A DNA stretch of 5,704 bases from NCBI GenBank assembly GCA_964457525.1, contig CAYWGS010000098.1, positions 1-5,704 of the forward strand. Reading direction: 5' to 3'. Positions 1 to 4,342 of this stretch are shown piece after piece (within the stretch, counting starts at the first letter, position 1; every line of letters starts with the position of its first letter). The notes beneath the pieces are model-generated. The model made no database searches. It was not told the DNA's origin and saw nothing but the letters and a program-made list of their open reading frames with translations. The position numbers and the translations under genes were made by a program. The DNA is from an uncultured Erysipelotrichaceae bacterium (GTDB lineage Bacteria > Bacillota_I > Bacilli_A > Erysipelotrichales > Erysipelotrichaceae).

Positions 1-237
1 TCCTAGTATCATCGGTTTCTTAGGTAATTTGTAACCTGATTTAAAGTATAAATTCAAACAAACAGTAATAAAACAATAAACGATAAATATTAGACTGTTA
101 TGTAAAGCAAAAGAAGTAGATTGATTAAATGCATTATAAAAGTCTAAATCTAAAACAATCGATAAAAACACAAAAAACAGTATCGCAAATAATTGCGTTA
201 AAATGATAATCATTAATGATTTAGATAATTTCATCAT
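1..237 (-). CDS. Hypothetical integral membrane protein, N-terminal fragment (3' end runs off the left window edge)
   Basis: Manual minus-strand translation. ATG at 237-235 overlaps the aminotransferase TGA stop (236-234) as ATGA, and a second ATG follows at 234-232. The frame stays open for 79 codons to position 1: MMKLSKSLMIIILTQLFAILFFVFLSIVLDLDFYNAFNQSTSFALHNSLIFIVYCFITVCLNLYFKSGYKLPKKPMILG. It has two hydrophobic segments of about 20 aa followed by a basic loop. It is missing from the ORF track, presumably because no stop lies inside the window. I recognise no family. Confidence 0.55.
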   Translation of the reverse strand, partial: MMKLSKSLMIIILTQLFAILFFVFLSIVLDLDFYNAFNQSTSFALHNSLIFIVYCFITVCLNLYFKSGYKLPKKPMILG

Positions 238-1382
238 TTTCTTAAATCAGTAACCATTTGAACAAAACGGTTTAAACCTTCAAATAAATCTGATTCTTTT
301 ACTGCATAGGAAATACGTAGATAATTATCGGTTAAATCACTAAAATAAACGCCTGGAACTAGTGCGACTTTATATTCGTTTAGTGCTTTTAAACAGAAGT
401 CTTCACTATTCATCTTAAATTCACCAATATTAATAAATAAATAGAATGCTCCTTCTGGATTAACATATGGGATATTATTCTTATCCAATATTTCTTTACA
501 ACGATTGAGTCGATCAAAATAAATACGTTTTATTTCAGTTGTATCTTGTTTAAGAGCATCAATTGCGGCTCTTTGAATAAAACTTGTTATACCAGTTACG
601 AGATAACTATGTATGCTATTAATGTGTGTTGCAATCGGTTGATCTGCCATTAAATAACCAATTCGCCATCCTGTCATAGCATACGGTTTCGAATAGCTTT
701 GTGCCACAATCAATAAATGACGAATGCTTGGATCATCACTCAATTTATGGAAATCATTTGTATATACTAATTGATGATAAACATCATCACTTAAGATAAA
801 AATACGATGTTTAAGTGCAACTTTTTTAACTGCTTCTAAACTATCCTTCGTATAAACCACACCTGTTGGATTATTTGGAGAAGTTATCACTATCAACTTA
901 GTTCTTTCACTAATACATGAATTAAGCGCATCTTCATCTATTTGAAAATTCGTTTTAGTTGTATCTAACTGAACTAACTTAGCTTTACAATATTGAATCA
1001 TTGGTAAATACGAGACATACATTGGAGCCGGGATAATCACTTCATCCCCTTCATTTAATAGAGCTAAAAATGTGGAAGCTAAACCTTCAGTAGAACCATT
1101 GGTAATGATTATTTCATCACTCGTGTAATTCATCACATTATTCTTTGATTCAAACTCAGAAATGGCCTTTCTAAGTTCTGGTAAACCTTGTCCAGGAGGA
1201 TAATGTGTCACATTATGATCAAGTGCTAATTTAGCGGAATTCTTAATAAGATCGTCTGTATTAAACTCAGGTTCACCAATGGTGAGTGAAACGACACCAT
1301 CGATTTTAGCTGCAGCTTCTGCAAATTTACGAATTCCACTTTTTTTAAACTTTAATACTTGTTGATTGACTCGATCTAGCAT
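234..1382 (-). CDS. PLP-dependent class-I aminotransferase (AspB/PatA-like)
   Basis: 382-aa ORF. SD GAGG (complement of 1390-1393) lies 7 nt upstream of ATG 1382-1380. Class-I aminotransferase hallmarks occur in canonical order: SGIRKF near the N-terminus, LTIGEPEF, SPNNPTG, LSDDVY, the PLP-lysine motif SYSKPYAMTGWRIGY (K232) and a C-terminal LRISY arginine. Overall it is collinear with my recollection of B. subtilis PatA. Substrate cannot be assigned from sequence alone. Confidence 0.93.
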   Translation of the reverse strand: MLDRVNQQVLKFKKSGIRKFAEAAAKIDGVVSLTIGEPEFNTDDLIKNSAKLALDHNVTHYPPGQGLPELRKAISEFESKNNVMNYTSDEIIITNGSTEGLASTFLALLNEGDEVIIPAPMYVSYLPMIQYCKAKLVQLDTTKTNFQIDEDALNSCISERTKLIVITSPNNPTGVVYTKDSLEAVKKVALKHRIFILSDDVYHQLVYTNDFHKLSDDPSIRHLLIVAQSYSKPYAMTGWRIGYLMADQPIATHINSIHSYLVTGITSFIQRAAIDALKQDTTEIKRIYFDRLNRCKEILDKNNIPYVNPEGAFYLFINIGEFKMNSEDFCLKALNEYKVALVPGVYFSDLTDNYLRISYAVKESDLFEGLNRFVQMVTDLRK

Positions 1383-1402
1383 AGTTTTACCTCATTTATA
1401 AA

Positions 1403-2068
1403 TTAATCATCAAATCTGAATCGATAATGACCTGTGATCCCCATCGTATAATACCCATATTCTAAACGATCTTCTTCTCGAACTGGTTGATCATTGTTAT
1501 GGATTAAGAATGGAATATCATTATCATTACGAATATCTGAAACAATTCCAATATGTTCATCATTACCAAACACTACAATATCACCTGCTTTCCATTCAGC
1601 TGTATCATATATGTCGGTTGTCAATACTTCTGCATGATTCTTAAAATAGACTGTTAAATTTTGAACTCTTCTAAAATCAATATTAGGATCACGGTACTTA
1701 ATATGATCGTAATTTGATCGATTATTCTTAATATCTTCATCAACTAAATCCTTTAATAATATCCCAGCTTCTTTAAAAGCTCTCCATACTAAATCTGTAC
1801 AAGTACCCTCATTATCTGGTGGATATCCTCCTGAATAATAAGCACTGATATACGCTGGCATTGCTAGAGCATCCTTACGCGCCCCAAGAATTAGTTTTTC
1901 AACTTGTGTTAGTTCTTTAACTTCAACAATCGGTTCTTCAATAACTACTTCTTCTTTATCTTGGTTTAAAAACATATAACCAAAAAAGCCCCCTACTAAC
2001 AAGATAAATAATAGTAAGAACCATTGAAATTTAAGTTTTAGTTTTTTCTTTTTCTTAGTGTAAATCAT
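1403..2068 (-). CDS. Membrane-anchored DUF1287 (YijF-like) protein, putative NlpC/P60-like papain-fold enzyme facing outside
   Basis: 221-aa ORF. The N-terminus is a Lys-rich stretch plus one hydrophobic helix (TKKKKKLKLKFQWFLLLFILLVGGFFGYMFL), which reads as an N-in signal anchor. The remaining roughly 150 aa match recalled DUF1287 blocks: GTCTDLVWRAFKEAG, NIDFRRVQNL, GDIVVFGNDEHIGIVSD, LIHNN and ITGHYRF. The Cys...HIGIV His...H/N pattern resembles NlpC/P60 catalytic architecture. An in-frame TGA at 2083-2081 prevents any upstream start. Confidence 0.85.
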   Translation of the reverse strand: MIYTKKKKKLKLKFQWFLLLFILLVGGFFGYMFLNQDKEEVVIEEPIVEVKELTQVEKLILGARKDALAMPAYISAYYSGGYPPDNEGTCTDLVWRAFKEAGILLKDLVDEDIKNNRSNYDHIKYRDPNIDFRRVQNLTVYFKNHAEVLTTDIYDTAEWKAGDIVVFGNDEHIGIVSDIRNDNDIPFLIHNNDQPVREEDRLEYGYYTMGITGHYRFRFDD

Positions 2069-2074
2069 GGCATT

Positions 2075-2083
2075 AGTATATCA
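2075..2083 (-). promoter_or_regulatory. Candidate extended -10 promoter (TGATATACT) for the DUF1287-aminotransferase-membrane protein operon
   Basis: The minus strand reads TGATATACT (TGnTATACT). Only 6 nt (AATGCC) separate it from ATG 2068, and no SD lies between. No convincing -35 is present (ACATCA at 17-nt spacing). Confidence 0.35.
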
Positions 2084-2121
2084 TTTTTATTATTATTTGA
2101 TGTGGTTTTATTATTGTAATT

Positions 2122-2130
2122 TGATATAAT
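2122..2130 (+). promoter_or_regulatory. Candidate extended -10 promoter (TGATATAAT) for rubredoxin
   Basis: TGnTATAAT lies at 2122-2130. SD AAAGGAAG (2142-2149) follows, with 7 nt from the AGGA core (2144-2147) to ATG 2155. The only -35-like hexamer, TTGATG (2097-2102), is too far away (22 nt), so this would be a -35-independent extended -10 promoter. Confidence 0.5.
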
Positions 2131-2154
2131 TTGAATATAAGAAAGGAAGATATT

Positions 2155-2316
2155 ATGAAAAAGTATGCTTGCTTAGCTTGTGATTACATCTATGATCCTG
2201 CTGTTGGCGATCCAGACAGTGGAATTGCTCCTGGTACAGCCTTCGAGGATATTCCAGATGATTGGTACTGCCCACTATGTGGCGTAGATAAAACAAGTTT
2301 CGTTCCTGTTGATTAA
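2155..2316 (+). CDS. Rubredoxin (53 aa)
   Basis: [53 protein letters not shown]. It has both iron-binding knuckles (CxxC = CLAC, CPxCG = CPLCG) and the conserved [16 protein letters not shown] and K..F blocks. I start it at ATG 2155, which has a good SD, rather than the ORF-track TTG at 2131, which would sit inside the promoter/leader. It ends in tandem stops TAA TAA at 2314-2319. Confidence 0.93.
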   Translation: MKKYACLACDYIYDPAVGDPDSGIAPGTAFEDIPDDWYCPLCGVDKTSFVPVD

Positions 2317-2321
2317 TAAAG

Positions 2322-2345
2322 AAAAGCGGCGTTATAGCCGCTTTT
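2322..2345. terminator. Bidirectional rho-independent terminator shared by rubredoxin (+) and the flavodiiron gene (-)
   Basis: AAAAGCGGC (2322-2330), GTTATA loop (2331-2336) and GCCGCTTTT (2337-2345) form a perfect 9-bp stem with a GCGGC core. A U-run follows on both strands: TTTT on +, TTTTCTTTATT on -. It begins 5 nt after the rubredoxin stop and overlaps the flavodiiron stop codon (2344-2346). Confidence 0.75.
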
Positions 2346-3555
2346 AACTATTTAGGATTGATTCTGATATTACTTTAGCTAAATCATCTAATGCTTGCAT
2401 ATTATCTTCTTTAAGCGTTGATTTGATTAATAGAGGTTCTCCAATAATCTCAACGTTTTTCATCTTCTCTATCATTGTTTGAAGTTGTTCAAGTGTTTGA
2501 CCACCCCAAGTAGAATTAACAACCAATGAGAATTTACGATTTTGTAGATTCAAACTAGCAAATTCATGTAATAGGTTATTAATCTTATAAAATACATTTG
2601 TGTTATAGGTTGGTGTCGCAATAACAATATGACTGTATTTCCATGCTTCAGAAACTAAGTAAGAAGGATCTGTTTCAGAAACATCATAGACACGCATATC
2701 ACGTACACCATATTGGCCCATTCGAGTCGCAAGTGTATCCGCAACACTTTCAGTATTGTTATACATCGTCGCATAAATAATAAGTGCACTCTTTGTCTCA
2801 GGTACATAATGAGACCATTTATCATATTTATCTAAAATAAGTGCTAACTCTTCATTTCTGTACATCGGCCCATGTAATGGGCATATCATATTAATTACTT
2901 CATTGGATAGTTTTTTCATAATTCCTTGTACAGGAACACCAAACTTACCAACGATATTTGAATAATAACGTCGTGCTTCATCTAAATGATCTCTACGATA
3001 ATCCATCTCATCCGCAAAATAGGTTCCATTATGAGCTCCAAATGTACCAAATGCATCTGAAGAGAATAAGATATGATTCGTAAAATCAAGTGTCATCATA
3101 ACTTCTGGCCAATGAACCATTGGGGCGGTATAAAAACGTAATTTACGTGAGCCTAAATCAAGTTCATCTAAATCCTTCACAATCATGTAATTTTTCTTTG
3201 CGTCAAAATCATAAAACTGTTCAAAGAACTGAAATGTTTTTGCATTACCAATAAATTTAACATCTGGGTAACGACGAATAATTGTTTCAATATTCCCACA
3301 ATGATCCGGTTCCATATGATTAACAACCAAATAATCTAAGTTTCTTCCATTAAGCACTGCTTCAACATTGTCAATATAAAGTTGACTTATTGAACTATCC
3401 ACTGTATCGAGTAAACAAGTCTTTTCATCTACAATTAAATATGAGTTATAAGCTACTCCAAAACGTAATGGGAAAAGATTCTCAAAACGTTGAAGTCTTC
3501 TTTCGTTTCCACCTACCCAATGAAGTTTAGGCGCAATTTCATGTGTATTCTGCAT
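2344..3555 (-). CDS. fprA: Class-A flavodiiron protein (FprA-type O2/NO reductase; metallo-beta-lactamase-like diiron domain + flavodoxin-like domain)
   Basis: 403-aa ORF. SD AAAGGAG (complement of 3564-3570) lies 8 nt upstream of ATG 3555. The full diiron ligand set occurs in canonical order: H-x-E-x-D-H (NHMEPDHCG), PMVHWPE (His), SSDAFG (Asp) and CPLHGP (His). The C-terminal flavodoxin-like FMN domain is present (ALIIYATMYNNTE, ATPTYN, NSTWGG). Confidence 0.93.
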   Translation of the reverse strand: MQNTHEIAPKLHWVGGNERRLQRFENLFPLRFGVAYNSYLIVDEKTCLLDTVDSSISQLYIDNVEAVLNGRNLDYLVVNHMEPDHCGNIETIIRRYPDVKFIGNAKTFQFFEQFYDFDAKKNYMIVKDLDELDLGSRKLRFYTAPMVHWPEVMMTLDFTNHILFSSDAFGTFGAHNGTYFADEMDYRRDHLDEARRYYSNIVGKFGVPVQGIMKKLSNEVINMICPLHGPMYRNEELALILDKYDKWSHYVPETKSALIIYATMYNNTESVADTLATRMGQYGVRDMRVYDVSETDPSYLVSEAWKYSHIVIATPTYNTNVFYKINNLLHEFASLNLQNRKFSLVVNSTWGGQTLEQLQTMIEKMKNVEIIGEPLLIKSTLKEDNMQALDDLAKVISESILNS

Positions 3556-3581
3556 ATTCCATTCTCCTTTACAACGTTATG

Positions 3582-3587
3582 ATTATA
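3582..3587 (-). promoter_or_regulatory. Candidate -10 box (TATAAT) of an internal promoter for the flavodiiron gene
   Basis: The minus strand reads ...TCGAATCGTTGTATAATCATAACGTTGTAAAGGAGAATGGAATATG. It has a perfect TATAAT with TG immediately upstream, about 26 nt before the ATG. The -35 is weak (AGGTAA at 17-nt spacing). No terminator hairpin separates it from the gatD-like stop (3627), so read-through from upstream is also likely. Confidence 0.45.
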
Positions 3588-3626
3588 CAACGATTCGAAC
3601 TAAATTACCTTTGGTTTACATCACGA

Positions 3627-4340
3627 TTATGGATAATTAATATTCTTCTCATCCTTGAATTCTATTACTCTTTTATAATAGGCTTCTAATAAATCTTCTT
3701 CAAATGGTATTACTTCATTCTTATAGCCTATATCTTTTAAGAATGCTTTAGTAAATATTGGATTCATAACTAGAATCGGGCCTAAGCAATGTGTCCCATA
3801 AAAATTGTAATACTTAATTCCTTCAGGATCTAAGTCTTTATTAAACCCTATTCCACGTTTTAAGGTCAACCAAACAGGTAAATCACTTGTTGGATAAACA
3901 CGTGTAAATTGACTCTTAAATCCAACAAATTCATAACCATTATAATCAGCTAAAACATAAGAATTAAATCGATGCATTAAATCTTGTTTGCTATAAAAAG
4001 GAAAGATATCAAGTGCTGGAATTTCATTTCCATCTTCTTCAATTATCTTAGTCCCAAATAGTTCAAATGCATTTCCAGTTATTAGAAAATGAACATTATT
4101 CTCAATGAGTTCAATCAATCGTTTTTTATACGGTAATAATTTCTCAATAATAATCTTCTGAAAACGTTCGGTTGTAGGACCCATAAAAATCAAATCCACA
4201 TCATGATCGACAAAATAGGGTTTAGAATTCATATCTGTTTCGATAAATTTCGCATCTTTAAATGCTAGTTTAAGATAATCAATATTCCCCTTTTCGCCAT
4301 ATAAGGCCGCAACACATGGATAAAGTAGTTCTATTATCAT
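3627..4340 (-). CDS. gatD: GatD-like protein (CobB/CobQ-type GATase fold, partner of MurT); predicted catalytically inactive glutaminase
   Basis: 237-aa ORF that starts 2 nt after the murT-like stop, the canonical murT-gatD order. It is collinear with recalled S. aureus GatD: ALYGEKGNIDYL ~ NLYSDIGNIIAL, DLIFMGPTTERFQ ~ DIFFIGGGSDREQ, FLITGNAFELFG ~ GLTICGGYQFLG, VGFKSQFTRVY ~ VGFENHGGRTY, EGIKYYNFYGTHCLGPIL ~ EGIHYKNLLGTYLHGPIL. The fold-defining hydrophobic pattern is kept but the active-site residues are not (see findings). Confidence 0.85.
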   Translation of the reverse strand: MIIELLYPCVAALYGEKGNIDYLKLAFKDAKFIETDMNSKPYFVDHDVDLIFMGPTTERFQKIIIEKLLPYKKRLIELIENNVHFLITGNAFELFGTKIIEEDGNEIPALDIFPFYSKQDLMHRFNSYVLADYNGYEFVGFKSQFTRVYPTSDLPVWLTLKRGIGFNKDLDPEGIKYYNFYGTHCLGPILVMNPIFTKAFLKDIGYKNEVIPFEEDLLEAYYKRVIEFKDEKNINYP

Positions 4341-4342
4341 AC

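Noticed and set aside
2042-2056. T-rich tract (T6 C T5 C T2 on +; AAG AAA AAG AAA AAA on -) encoding the KKKKK run at the DUF1287 N-terminus, considered as a slippage or phase-variation tract
   Set aside because: The homopolymer runs are only 5-6 nt and are interrupted. The Lys run has an obvious role as the positive-inside signal of the membrane anchor.
2124-2140. Imperfect AT-rich 7-1-7 dyad (TATAATTTGAATATA region) overlapping the rubredoxin -10, considered as a PerR/Fur box
   Set aside because: Only 5 of 7 arm positions pair, and only about 9 of 14 match the recalled consensus. Most of that match is the -10 hexamer itself. This is indistinguishable from chance in roughly 80% AT intergenic DNA.
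2131-2154. ORF-track N-terminal extension of rubredoxin (TTG start, MNIRKEDIM...)
   Set aside because: The extension begins immediately after the -10 box and contains the SD (AAAGGAAG) that serves ATG 2155. Rubredoxins of this type start right at MKKY-C. The 53-aa form is canonical.
3556-3626. Looked for a rho-independent terminator between the gatD-like stop and the flavodiiron gene
   Set aside because: Only a 3-bp ACC/GGT hairpin is present (3608-3616 region), with no GC-rich stem or U-tract. I therefore treat the gap as promoter/leader rather than a terminator.
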